Below, piece by piece: positions 28,332 through 37,198 of a DNA stretch of 64,000 nucleotides (position 1 is its first letter; each line of letters starts with the position of its first letter). This DNA comes from a virus. Its lineage: Duplodnaviria > Caudoviricetes. Under the pieces are notes generated by a model, which made no database searches, was not told where the DNA came from, and saw only the letters and a program-made list of their open reading frames with translations. The DNA lies in IMG/VR virus record IMGVR_UViG_3300001485_000138, positions 1-64,000 of that record; one strand, 5' to 3'. A program made the translations under genes and the position numbers.

Positions 28332-28763
28332 ATGAACAAAAGTAAGAATAAATCATTTTTAGCATTCTCATTCAGTCAGGGATTTGTACCACCTAATATA
28401 CCTATTGCTACTTTCAAACAAGGTGATAAGGAACTAAATTTCATCCTTGATTCAGGTTCTGACAGAAATGTCATTGACAAAGGTGTACTCTCGGAAATAC
28501 AGTATGAAAAGATTAACTCTGAAGATATACACACTCTTACAGGAGTGAATGGTGTTGTACAAGTAGAGAAGTGCAAGATTACCTTTCAGCATGACGATGA
28601 TGAATATACTACAGAATTTCTTGTAACAGACCTGAAAGAACCTTTTAGTGCCATCAGAGCATCTCATTCAATACCTCTGCATGGTATGCTTGGCTCTATA
28701 TTCTTCAAAGAGAACAAGATTGTTATGGATTTTGATAAAATGGTAGCCTATAACAAAGAGTAA
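28332..28763 (+). CDS. retropepsin-like aspartyl protease
   Basis: FILDSGS catalytic motif and GMLGSIF. Confidence 0.85.
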   Translation: MNKSKNKSFLAFSFSQGFVPPNIPIATFKQGDKELNFILDSGSDRNVIDKGVLSEIQYEKINSEDIHTLTGVNGVVQVEKCKITFQHDDDEYTTEFLVTDLKEPFSAIRASHSIPLHGMLGSIFFKENKIVMDFDKMVAYNKE

Positions 28764-28858
28764 TGATATACTTAGTTACCACACAACATCTTTGGCTGGG
28801 AAAATTATAAAACCTCTCAGCCAAAGAGTCTCTACAAGTTGACAACACCGTGCTATAA
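28763..28858 (+). pseudogene. probable relic of the 5' end of a family A DNA polymerase gene
   Basis: TAATG-coupled start MIYLVTTQ, then ENYK (shifted frame) and LSAKESLQ; resembles the crAss-type PolA N-terminus as recalled. Confidence 0.5.
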
Positions 28859-28889
28859 GAATGGAAAACAAATAATAACGAACAGCAAG

Positions 28890-30782
28890 ATGATAATATA
28901 CAACAAGACGGTTCTGGTCTATGATGTTGAGGTATTCCCCAATGTGTTCAGTTGCACTCTGAAAAATAGTGAGACTGGACAGGTTAAAGTATATGAATTA
29001 TCCCATAGGAAAAATAATATCATCGAGGAAGCTACAGCAATGGTCAATCTCTTCAAAGATGATAGGTATCTTTTCTGTGGATATAACAATATTCACTATG
29101 ATAATCCGATTATGAACTTTATTATTGAGAACGTTGGTTCTATGCCCAACGATTATCAGAAAGTCTGTAATAGGATTTATAAACTTAGTCAGCAGATAGT
29201 TACTTCTGAGACCTCAGAATCATGGAAACAATGGAAATATGCTACCAGGTTTGCAACTCTTGACCTCTTAACTATGTTGTTTTCTCAAAAACTTAGAGTG
29301 GGTTTAAAGGAGATGCAAGTTACTATGCAATATCGTAATGTCCAAGAGTATGAAGGTGACTTTGAAAGCTGGCTTCCTGATAGTGAGATAGATACCATGT
29401 TAGCTTATAACCTTAACGATGTAGATTCTACTCTAGAGTTACTGAATAGATGTAAAAAGGATATTGATTTGAGAATTGGTATTCAGCAGGAGTATGGAGT
29501 AGATGTACTTTCTAAAGATGGCATGAGCATTGGTACTGAGATTCTGAAGATTAAATATCTGGAGAAAACTAAGAAACAATGGTATCAAATCAAAGATCTT
29601 AGAAGTCCCTGTGATGAAATAGAATTGAGTAAGGTGATATTTCCTTTCATTCAGTATGAGACTCCTGTTCTTCAAAATCTACTTAAGGAAATGAAGCAGC
29701 AAACAGTCAGTGCTGGCAGAAAAGGATATGAGAAACACTTCCTTCTTGACAATGTAGAAGTAACTGTAGGAGTTGGAGGCATTCATACCAAGAACGATCC
29801 TGAAGCTATCATTCCTAAAGAGGATGAATTACTTCTGGACAGTGATGTTAATAGTCTATATCCAAGTCTTATCATTAGTTACAGTCTTGTTCCTCAGCAT
29901 TTAGGTAAAGAATTCCTTGAAATTTATGGTCAAGTCAGAGAGGAAAGACTTGCTGCTAAAAGAGTACATCAGGATGTAAAGAATACAACTTTAAAGCTTG
30001 CTCTTAATGGTGCTACAGGTAACTATCAGAATCAATATAGTTGGCTTTATGACCCAATGGCTGTAATGAAGATTAGAATTAATGGTCAGTTACTTCTTCT
30101 TATGCTTACAGAAATGCTTCTGAAAGCTGGTGCAAGACTCAAACAACTTAATACTGATGGTATTCTCTATACTATTCCAAAGTCTGTAGATTATCAGGTT
30201 ATTCTTAAAGAATGGGAAGAAAAGACTAAACTTACTCTGGAGACAGAGGAATATGAAGCCTTCTATCAGTTTGCTATTAATGACTATCTTGCTATCGGTA
30301 AAGGGTATGCTGAAACCAAAGACAAAAAACTAATAAAACAGAAAGGTCTCTTTATCGATAAGGTAAAACTTGGCAAAGGTATGCAGCCTATGATTATTCC
30401 TGAAGCTCTCAATAAATATTTTGCAGATGGTGTTCCCATCGAGCAAACTATTAAAGAATGTAAAGATTTAAGTAAATTTATCACCTATCAAAAAGCTGAT
30501 AAAAAATTTAGTGTAGAGTACAATAACAAACTAATATCCAGAATCAATAGGTATTATATTAGTACCAACGGCTCATATCTCTATAAATGTGAAGTTGTTG
30601 ATGGGAAAAGGATTGGCTATATCAACATGCTTAAAGCTTCTGGCGTAACTATAGTAAATAATCTGGATGAAGTAAAAGAGTTTCCTAAGAATATCAACTA
30701 TAGATATTATATAGCAGAATGCAATAAAATTCTTGATCCTTTCATTCATCGACAAACTTCATTATTTGATTTTGTGGCTTAA
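28890..30782 (+). CDS. polB: DNA polymerase family B (crAss-type)
   Basis: Exo I YDVEVF, Exo II GYNNIHYD, Exo III YNLNDV; DVNSLYPS, KLALNGATG, NTDGI; track start 28839. Confidence 0.95.
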   Translation: MIIYNKTVLVYDVEVFPNVFSCTLKNSETGQVKVYELSHRKNNIIEEATAMVNLFKDDRYLFCGYNNIHYDNPIMNFIIENVGSMPNDYQKVCNRIYKLSQQIVTSETSESWKQWKYATRFATLDLLTMLFSQKLRVGLKEMQVTMQYRNVQEYEGDFESWLPDSEIDTMLAYNLNDVDSTLELLNRCKKDIDLRIGIQQEYGVDVLSKDGMSIGTEILKIKYLEKTKKQWYQIKDLRSPCDEIELSKVIFPFIQYETPVLQNLLKEMKQQTVSAGRKGYEKHFLLDNVEVTVGVGGIHTKNDPEAIIPKEDELLLDSDVNSLYPSLIISYSLVPQHLGKEFLEIYGQVREERLAAKRVHQDVKNTTLKLALNGATGNYQNQYSWLYDPMAVMKIRINGQLLLLMLTEMLLKAGARLKQLNTDGILYTIPKSVDYQVILKEWEEKTKLTLETEEYEAFYQFAINDYLAIGKGYAETKDKKLIKQKGLFIDKVKLGKGMQPMIIPEALNKYFADGVPIEQTIKECKDLSKFITYQKADKKFSVEYNNKLISRINRYYISTNGSYLYKCEVVDGKRIGYINMLKASGVTIVNNLDEVKEFPKNINYRYYIAECNKILDPFIHRQTSLFDFVA

Positions 30783-30813
30783 AAAGTTATATACAGACCA
30801 CTGGGTACATTAA
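30781..30813 (+). pseudogene. probable relic of the 3' end of a family A DNA polymerase gene
   Basis: Reads KKLYTDHWVH* just past the PolB stop; DHW(I/V)H* recalled as the crAss-type PolA terminus. Confidence 0.5.
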
Positions 30814-30843
30814 AAAACATCAACCCTTTAATTTATAAATACT

Positions 30844-31026
30844 ATGCAAATCTTCTTAAATCGTAATGAAATCCTGCAACTGAAAAACTACATGGACAAC
30901 AATCCAAAGAGGTTTAATTTCCAAATCACACAATCTCATGAAAGTGGTAATGGATACACAACCTTAGTAGAAGCAACTGATAGCCCAACCCCATTTGCAG
31001 ATATATCTGATTATGATGCTTGGTAA
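30844..31026 (+). CDS. small hypothetical protein (ends ADISDYDAW)
   Basis: ORF track. Confidence 0.65.
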   Translation: MQIFLNRNEILQLKNYMDNNPKRFNFQITQSHESGNGYTTLVEATDSPTPFADISDYDAW

Positions 31027-31030
31027 TTAT

Positions 31031-31153
31031 ATGCACAATGAAGAGGAAGAGGTGGAAAGAGACACTCTGGAGGAGGAGTTGTACTTACTTACCCATACTC
31101 CCCACCTCTTTCCTGTTAATACCCCAAACCGCGTGAATTATAAACAAGAGTAG
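31031..31153 (+). CDS. small acidic peptide (40 aa)
   Basis: Hand-translated; TAG stop overlaps hairpin copy 6. Confidence 0.4.
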   Translation: MHNEEEEVERDTLEEELYLLTHTPHLFPVNTPNRVNYKQE

Positions 31154-31180
31154 TTAGTGCAAGATGATTCGGTCATCTTG
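31152..31180 (+). promoter_or_regulatory. AGTHAGTG-hairpin element, copy 6
   Basis: AGTTAGTG-CAAGATGA-TTCGG-TCATCTTG. Confidence 0.85.
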
Positions 31181-31196
31181 ATAAAAAGAAAACACT

Positions 31197-31631
31197 ATGC
31201 TGATAGAATTAAAAGTAAAAACTAAACGTACTGATTCTACTGGTAAGACCAGAAAGAAAACAGAAACTTATCTCATCAACAAAGACTTCTTTGCAGAAGC
31301 TGAGTATGCAATTACAGAAATGCTTACAGAAGAGACAAACTCTCATCTTCTTGATGAATTTGAAATCCTCTCTCTCAAGATTTCTCAGTTAAAAGAGATT
31401 GCCACTCAATATCAAGGAGAAAATCCATTCATCATATCCCTCAAGGATGTATTCCATGAAGATGATGGTACTGAGAAATATACAAAGTACAAGATACTAT
31501 TATGGGCAGACTCTCTCACAGAAGCTAATTCAAGAGCACATGAACTGTCCATGCAGGGATATGACATGCTTATCGAAAGTATTAAACAAGTAGAATATGT
31601 ATTCATAAACGAAGAGGATAATAATGCATAA
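31197..31631 (+). CDS. DUF4494-like Bacteroidota protein
   Basis: KKTETYL...FAEAE...KYKILLWADSLTEA pattern (recalled). Confidence 0.6.
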   Translation: MLIELKVKTKRTDSTGKTRKKTETYLINKDFFAEAEYAITEMLTEETNSHLLDEFEILSLKISQLKEIATQYQGENPFIISLKDVFHEDDGTEKYTKYKILLWADSLTEANSRAHELSMQGYDMLIESIKQVEYVFINEEDNNA

Positions 31632-31899
31632 TTTAACAGAATTAGAAAATTCACCACAGGAAATCCAAGAGGAAGATTTAGTCAACAATCCCTCACATTA
31701 TGATTCATTCATAAAGGATGGCCCAGATTGTATCACAGCTATGCAGGCAGCTTTTGGAAAAGATGCTGTAGCTGACTTTGCTTTATGCAATAGCTTTAAG
31801 TATATCTGGAGACATCATAACAAGAATGGAAAGCAGGATATTCATAAAGCCATATGGTATCTCAACAAATATCTTGAACTACAGGAAAATCCCAGTTAA
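31624..31899 (+). CDS. DUF3310-family phage protein
   Basis: DLVNNPSHY...FKYIWR...KNGKQDIHKAIWYL. Confidence 0.85.
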   Translation: MHNLTELENSPQEIQEEDLVNNPSHYDSFIKDGPDCITAMQAAFGKDAVADFALCNSFKYIWRHHNKNGKQDIHKAIWYLNKYLELQENPS

Positions 31900-31900
31900 C

Positions 31901-31928
31901 CTATGCTGTAACACTGTTACAGCTCTAA
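31901..31928 (+). repeat. CTAT-hairpin-YCTAA element, copy B
   Basis: CTAT-GCTGTAAC-ACT-GTTACAGC-TCTAA. Confidence 0.7.
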
Positions 31929-31940
31929 AACCGATAAACT

Positions 31941-32129
31941 ATGGCAATACATTTTCATAACTCAAAGACAAGGCTTCCTGAAGCCCTCAAACTCTCTGCA
32001 TCAATAGCAACATATATGTTTGAACAAGAGTATGGAGAGATGGAATTCCTCACTGAAACTGATAAGAAACTCCTCAAACGTGCAGGAGAAATGCTGGCAA
32101 AGAAAGCTAATAAATGGATAAAGAAATAA
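31941..32129 (+). CDS. hypothetical protein (62 aa)
   Basis: ORF track. Confidence 0.6.
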   Translation: MAIHFHNSKTRLPEALKLSASIATYMFEQEYGEMEFLTETDKKLLKRAGEMLAKKANKWIKK

Positions 32130-32133
32130 CATT

Positions 32134-32535
32134 ATGAAAGAAAGTGGATATTATCCTCCAGGAGCAGAGTTTGATTCTCAAGCACCTTGGAATTACAAAG
32201 AACCCAAGCCCATGAATTTCTATATGTCTGTCTCACAATCTCTCAGTAAGTCAGTGAAAGTATCAACAAGCGACTATGAGCCTGTAGTAGAAAAGGAAAT
32301 GGATGATACAGGAGGATACTACTATGAAACTCAAGACACTTCCAATACTGACTGGAAAGCTGTATATGAAAACAACAGACATGAAACTCCGATGAAGCTT
32401 ATAGAAATCCTGAAAGAAATGCTGATAATGTATAAAGAACATGGATTAGTATTTGGTTCACCTGCATATACAGAACATCTAATTGAGGAATGTGATAACT
32501 GGACTGATGACGAAACAGAATTTATAGGAGAATGA
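32134..32535 (+). CDS. hypothetical phage protein (YYPPGA...APWN family)
   Basis: ORF track. Confidence 0.75.
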   Translation: MKESGYYPPGAEFDSQAPWNYKEPKPMNFYMSVSQSLSKSVKVSTSDYEPVVEKEMDDTGGYYYETQDTSNTDWKAVYENNRHETPMKLIEILKEMLIMYKEHGLVFGSPAYTEHLIEECDNWTDDETEFIGE

Positions 32536-32536
32536 T

Positions 32537-32791
32537 ATGAATGCTTTTATTTGGTTTGCAGCAGTATTACTGTTATTTGCACTGATAATTCTTATAGATA
32601 TTATCTCTATAAACTATAAGATATATCGTACACACAAATGTCCTAACTGTGGTAAATACATGGAATTCTCACATATTAAGAAACTGTCGACTTTCAACAT
32701 GTATGTGTTCAAATGTCATTCATGTGGTACAAGAGATGAAGTAGAAGAAGATGTACTTGCTGATAAAATAGCAAATATTCCTAAGCTATGA
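32537..32791 (+). CDS. membrane-anchored Zn-ribbon protein
   Basis: N-terminal TM; CPNC...CHSC. Confidence 0.7.
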   Translation: MNAFIWFAAVLLLFALIILIDIISINYKIYRTHKCPNCGKYMEFSHIKKLSTFNMYVFKCHSCGTRDEVEEDVLADKIANIPKL

Positions 32792-32976
32792 AGACAAAAC
32801 AATTCCTGCTGGTAGAAGAAGCAACAGGAGCTATTGAAGGATTTTATCCTAACGACATGCTCCTTGTTGCTATAAATGATGCTCAGAAGAAAGAAGGAAA
32901 ATACTATGTGATTGCTGATGATGAGTATGCTACAATAGTATATGACTCTCAACCAGGAGTATCCTATAAAATCTAA
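32788..32976 (+). CDS. hypothetical protein (62 aa)
   Basis: ORF track. Confidence 0.6.
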   Translation: MKTKQFLLVEEATGAIEGFYPNDMLLVAINDAQKKEGKYYVIADDEYATIVYDSQPGVSYKI

Positions 32977-32979
32977 AGT

Positions 32980-33008
32980 AGTAAGTGCAGCAAGATTTGG
33001 TATTGCTG
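32980..33008 (+). promoter_or_regulatory. AGTHAGTG-hairpin element, copy 7 (one stem mismatch)
   Basis: AGTAAGTG-CAGCAAGA-TTTGG-TATTGCTG. Confidence 0.75.
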
Positions 33009-33028
33009 ATAAAAATTTTATTATAATC

Positions 33029-33466
33029 ATGATATTCAAAGATAAAGGTATTATAGAAGAACATATAAACCAAATCTATCCAAACATCTTAGTAGTAGCA
33101 TTTGGAGACTTGGAACAGGAGGTAAATAAATATTATAAACCTTATGATACAGACTATAATTGGATAGCTAAACCAAGAGAAATTTCCAATGCTGCTACAT
33201 ATCAGATAACAAATAAAAAGACATTGGATAATGGTCTGCTTGTATGGTTTTCCTCAATGGATAAATATTCAACAAAGACATTATGTCATGAGTCTGGACA
33301 TGTAGCTCTTGAAATGTTTGCGTATATAAAGGAGAAAATAAGTACAGAATATCAAGAACCATTCTGCTATCTCCTCGGCTATATAGGCAAGTGTATCAAC
33401 AATACATTCTACAAGTATAAAGAATATTTAGAAAAGCAAAAAGAAATCAATAACACTCAAAAGTAA
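33029..33466 (+). CDS. small HExxH (zincin-like) protein, paralog 2
   Basis: LCHESGH...EPFCYLLGYI; track start 32942 runs through the hairpin, ATG at 33029 preferred. Confidence 0.7.
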   Translation: MIFKDKGIIEEHINQIYPNILVVAFGDLEQEVNKYYKPYDTDYNWIAKPREISNAATYQITNKKTLDNGLLVWFSSMDKYSTKTLCHESGHVALEMFAYIKEKISTEYQEPFCYLLGYIGKCINNTFYKYKEYLEKQKEINNTQK

Positions 33467-33490
33467 GTGCAAAGAGATTTGGTCTCTTTG
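33462..33490 (+). promoter_or_regulatory. AGTHAGTG-hairpin element, copy 8
   Basis: AGTAAGTG-CAAAGAGA-TTTGG-TCTCTTTG. Confidence 0.85.
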
Positions 33491-33502
33491 ATAATTAACT
33501 AT

Positions 33503-34498
33503 ATGAAACTGATAGAATCAAAAGCAGAATACATACCTCAAGAAGAAGGTCTTGAAGGTATTTATAAACAAATAGAACTTGCTGGAAGAACAGCCTATCA
33601 CTCTCAAGATAAAATTACTCCTACATCCGCAAAAGATTTTGTTGATAAGATGATTAAATCAAAGCACGGGGCAGCCTTAGAGCATGGTACTGTGTATTTG
33701 AAAATACCTATCCATGAAATGAGATATGGTTTATTATTTTGGATAAATTCCTCCAATATATTTTATGAGAATAACCCGTTTTCAAAAAGTATAAATGATA
33801 GAATATTTAAGTTATCTCCAGAGGATAATGCTTATATAGTAACTAACTATAGAGTTATTGTAGAAAACAGCAAGCTTGATGACCTTCAATATCTTTGCTC
33901 TCCTACTGAGTTTCATGAAAAAAGATATACCATGAGATTTACTTGTTCAAGAGCTATTGCAAATGAGCTGGTAAGACACAGAACCATGTCATTCCTTCAA
34001 GAATCAACCAGATATATCAATTATTCTAAGGAATGTCATGGAGGTGAGATTAACTTTATTAAACCTTCTTGGTTTAAAGAAAACCTATTATCAGTTGATT
34101 CAACAGTAGCACAACCATCTGACACTAATGGTGCTGTTTTCTATGAAAGACCATATAAGACTTATTATTTAGATGGTACAGAGACTGATGGTTTTGATTG
34201 GGATAAAGAAGACTTTTTCATTCATAGTTGTCAAACAGCAGAGAGGTGTTACCTCCTTATGTTAGAAGAAGGTGCTACTCCTCAGCAAGCAAGAGATGTT
34301 CTTCCCAATGCTACTAAGACAGAGTTAGTGGTCACTGGTTTTGCCAGTGATTATAAACATCTTTTTGACCTCAGGTTATTTGGCAAGACAGGAGCCCCTC
34401 ATCCAGATATGACTGACCTTATGCAGAAAGCTCAAGCAGCTATGCAAGAAGCTGGTATATGGAACGACATTATGAATAAACCATCTAAATTTGAATAA
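33503..34498 (+). CDS. thyX: flavin-dependent thymidylate synthase
   Basis: KHGAALEH, RHR-x7-S motif (RHRTMSFLQES), ESTRY, QQARDVLP; track start 33467 lies in the hairpin. Confidence 0.92.
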   Translation: MKLIESKAEYIPQEEGLEGIYKQIELAGRTAYHSQDKITPTSAKDFVDKMIKSKHGAALEHGTVYLKIPIHEMRYGLLFWINSSNIFYENNPFSKSINDRIFKLSPEDNAYIVTNYRVIVENSKLDDLQYLCSPTEFHEKRYTMRFTCSRAIANELVRHRTMSFLQESTRYINYSKECHGGEINFIKPSWFKENLLSVDSTVAQPSDTNGAVFYERPYKTYYLDGTETDGFDWDKEDFFIHSCQTAERCYLLMLEEGATPQQARDVLPNATKTELVVTGFASDYKHLFDLRLFGKTGAPHPDMTDLMQKAQAAMQEAGIWNDIMNKPSKFE

Positions 34499-34898
34499 AC
34501 CTATGACTCCACAAAAATTCAAAATCCTTTCCCAATCACTCTATGGCAAAGGGTATAAGAAATACAACCAACAATGGCATAATGAAGACTATGTAATAGG
34601 CAAATCTTTCCTTGTAGGTATGAACCGATGGGAAGAAAATAGAGCACCGTATATTATAACATTAGCCATTTATGACTATACTTTACATCCTGAATTCTTC
34701 ACCAGACTGCCAGACTGTAAGAAAGACCGTGTAGGAATATCTATTTATATTACAGTGTCAAGGACAATAGAAGAAGTAATAGAGATGCAAATAGGGTGGA
34801 TTGACGATACTACTACAATAGAAGAAGTAGAATCTACTGCCAAATCCTTTTATGAGTTTATATGTAAAACCTATCCTGAACCAAGAAAATATGAGTAA
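34491..34898 (+). CDS. hypothetical protein (about 131-135 aa)
   Basis: ORF track. Confidence 0.65.
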   Translation: MNKPMTPQKFKILSQSLYGKGYKKYNQQWHNEDYVIGKSFLVGMNRWEENRAPYIITLAIYDYTLHPEFFTRLPDCKKDRVGISIYITVSRTIEEVIEMQIGWIDDTTTIEEVESTAKSFYEFICKTYPEPRKYE

Positions 34899-35202
34899 AG
34901 TAGTATTTATCACCAATAACTCTCCTGAGATAAGAATTAAACTCTCGGAAGAGGGCTTTATTCTATGCCCATGTGCAGCATTCAAGGATGCTATATGGTT
35001 AGATTATGACCCAAACTCACCAGCTCCTAACTATATACATGGAGAAGGATATGCTGATGAAGGGGATATAGGCTTAAATCTGTCACCTCTTGATAGAATA
35101 CACAGAAGATTAGAACTGAAAGGGTACTACTCTGAAGAAAAGGAGTTCTACCCTAATGCAGAAGAGTTTTTAGAACATTATAAACCAAAACAAATAGGAT
35201 GA
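34891..35202 (+). CDS. hypothetical protein
   Basis: Track ORF 34852..35202; ATG at 34891 preferred. Confidence 0.65.
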   Translation: MSKVVFITNNSPEIRIKLSEEGFILCPCAAFKDAIWLDYDPNSPAPNYIHGEGYADEGDIGLNLSPLDRIHRRLELKGYYSEEKEFYPNAEEFLEHYKPKQIG

Positions 35203-35747
35203 TGGAAGACTTTGAAATAGTAGGATGGCCTGATGTACAAAAATATATGGAATTAGAGGGGTTTTATGAGCACTCATCCCTTATTGAGGAAAACAATTTT
35301 ATGGGTATAGGTGATTCTACCTACCTTATAGATAAGGAATGGATAAGAAGATTACAAATTAAATTTTATAAAGATAAATATATGAATTTCGAAAGTTTTA
35401 AAGCTTTCTTAAAACGTATACATCTTTGTGATATTAAAGCTCTTCATATACAAAAAGAAGGCTCAGAAACAACGGAGTGTTGTATTTTTAGATGTACCAG
35501 ATTTGACTGTGAAAATATTATTTTGTACAGGAAGAATGAAAACAGTAGCGTAGAAACAATACATTGTAAAAAACCACGCTTTGAGAATGATGCTAAAAGT
35601 GCTTATGATAAAATTACTGAAAATGATAGGCATAAAATTCTCAATCCTAAATTTGCAAATGAACTAATAAAGTATCATGATAACTCTAAAACTATTCAAC
35701 AACCTGCCTCCTTCAATCAGAAAGAAGATAGCCAAGGTAGTGTTTAA
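35199..35747 (+). CDS. hypothetical protein, possibly a fusion of a small core gene and an inserted ORF
   Basis: ORF track; sequence style changes near 35345. Confidence 0.55.
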   Translation: MMEDFEIVGWPDVQKYMELEGFYEHSSLIEENNFMGIGDSTYLIDKEWIRRLQIKFYKDKYMNFESFKAFLKRIHLCDIKALHIQKEGSETTECCIFRCTRFDCENIILYRKNENSSVETIHCKKPRFENDAKSAYDKITENDRHKILNPKFANELIKYHDNSKTIQQPASFNQKEDSQGSV

Positions 35748-35901
35748 CCACATGAGTGACTCCTTTCAACAGGAAATGTCACAGCCTTTCCACCATAACT
35801 TCGACTATGATGGTGGGCATTGGTACAAACTTATGCTTAACCACTGTACCTACAATAAAACAAAAAACCAGATTTCAGTAACCCTAACTTACAACATATA
35901 G
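35677..35901 (+). CDS. hypothetical protein (74 aa)
   Basis: ORF track; stop overlaps hairpin copy 9. Confidence 0.6.
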   Translation: MITLKLFNNLPPSIRKKIAKVVFNHMSDSFQQEMSQPFHHNFDYDGGHWYKLMLNHCTYNKTKNQISVTLTYNI

Positions 35902-35928
35902 TAAGTGCAGAAAGGTTCGGCCTTTCTG
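35900..35928 (+). promoter_or_regulatory. AGTHAGTG-hairpin element, copy 9
   Basis: AGTAAGTG-CAGAAAGG-TTCGG-CCTTTCTG. Confidence 0.85.
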
Positions 35929-35947
35929 AAAAAACCAAGCAAAAACT

Positions 35948-36379
35948 ATGAAAGAAATAAAACAAGAAGTGACAAGTACCTACACTGCCTATCAAGCAGA
36001 AGATGGTACAATCTTTAAATCATCAGAAGAATGTCGGAAATATGAATCCTCAGCAAGAGCTGTCCTGTTAGGAAGACTCAAGAAACTCATTGTAGCAGAT
36101 AAGAATAAATGGGACCTTCTTGGGGGTATGGATGACCACACAGTACATGCAGTCAAACTCAACACAAAGGAAGATGCCAACACACTTCTACAATTTCTGT
36201 ATCTTGAGTGTCCTTGGTTCTCTGATGAGCGTAGGAAAGAAATAGAAGTTATAGTAGATACCACACAGAAAAATAAAGAAGTCATTCTTCTTGGTGAAAA
36301 TTGTGAGGGTACATATTACTTCATAAACTCCCGCCAAAATATCATTGAGGGTCTTAACCATCTTACAGAAAATAAATAG
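35948..36379 (+). CDS. hypothetical phage protein (YQAEDGTIF...ECRKYE family)
   Basis: ORF track. Confidence 0.75.
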   Translation: MKEIKQEVTSTYTAYQAEDGTIFKSSEECRKYESSARAVLLGRLKKLIVADKNKWDLLGGMDDHTVHAVKLNTKEDANTLLQFLYLECPWFSDERRKEIEVIVDTTQKNKEVILLGENCEGTYYFINSRQNIIEGLNHLTENK

Positions 36380-36413
36380 TAAATAATAAATAGTAAATCG
36401 TCAAATAGTAAAT
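36374..36413. repeat. three direct repeats of AAATAGTAAAT
   Basis: Copies at 36374, 36388 and 36403. Confidence 0.8.
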
Positions 36414-36419
36414 AAGATT

Positions 36420-36992
36420 ATGCCAAACTGGGCTTCTGTATCCTACAGAATCGTAGGACCTAAAGAAATATTACAAAAAGTATATGATGCTGTACAGTAT
36501 CCTATGATAGAAGAAGGCTCAAGTGAAGATTGGGAAGGTAATGTACTAAAAACCCTTAAACCTGACTGGAAATGCCCTGAAGGGGAATCTATACGAGGAT
36601 TCATACAATACTTTGATTTACAAAGATTAGATGAATGTGAATATATAATCTTAGATGCTGATGAAGCATGGGGCTTAACATGTTTCCATGAAGAACTCAG
36701 CAAGATATTCTCTGACCTTAACATCTTCTATATAGTTGAAGAACCTGGACTTGAAGTATATCACACTAATGATGTTGAAGGTGTATTCTTTCCAGAAAGA
36801 TTATATGTAGATGCTTGTATTGATAATGACTATTATTCTGAATACTTCCAAACAGAGAAAGATGCCTATCATTATATCGCAAAGATAACCAAAGGTGCAA
36901 TCAAAAGCAAGGATGACCTTGAGAGATTCAACAAAGATAACACCAATGAAAATGATTTCATAAGCGTTCATGAGTTTGAAATTGATGAGTAA
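36420..36992 (+). CDS. MPNW-start (DUF1281/ferredoxin-like-fold) phage protein
   Basis: MPNWASVSYRI...EAW...EEPG pattern (recalled family). Confidence 0.55.
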   Translation: MPNWASVSYRIVGPKEILQKVYDAVQYPMIEEGSSEDWEGNVLKTLKPDWKCPEGESIRGFIQYFDLQRLDECEYIILDADEAWGLTCFHEELSKIFSDLNIFYIVEEPGLEVYHTNDVEGVFFPERLYVDACIDNDYYSEYFQTEKDAYHYIAKITKGAIKSKDDLERFNKDNTNENDFISVHEFEIDE

Positions 36993-37016
36993 GTGCTTCA
37001 AGATTCGGTCTTGAAG
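36988..37016 (+). promoter_or_regulatory. AGTHAGTG-hairpin element, copy 10
   Basis: AGTAAGTG-CTTCAAGA-TTCGG-TCTTGAAG. Confidence 0.85.
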
Positions 37017-37050
37017 TAATCCCAACTACCTATTGGTAGAACATTCCACA

Positions 37051-37087
37051 GGAGAGGGAGATAACAAGTGTATTTGCCTCTCCTTTT
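37051..37087 (+). terminator. putative intrinsic terminator ending the replication module
   Basis: GGAGAGG/CCTCTCC stem followed by TTTT. Confidence 0.55.
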
Positions 37088-37147
37088 ACCAATCCTAATA
37101 ACAACTAACAAAAATCCTAAACAACACTAAGATTTAGCTTAAACTGT

Positions 37148-37178
37148 TTTGTTATATAAACATTAAGCTGTATCTTTG
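37148..37178 (+). promoter_or_regulatory. Bacteroidota housekeeping-sigma promoter for the RNAP gene
   Basis: TTTG (37148-51)-19 nt-TATCTTTG (37171-78), a perfect -33/-7 consensus. Confidence 0.85.
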
Positions 37179-37198
37179 TGCTAATAAATTCAACAGAC

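Noticed and set aside
12988-37198. Upstream-extended track starts (12988, 24341, 28839, 32942, 33467, 37178)
   Set aside because: These non-ATG starts (or, for 32942, an ATG inside the upstream gene) run through promoters, hairpins or the PolA relic. Downstream ATGs with A-rich Bacteroidota-type leaders are more plausible.
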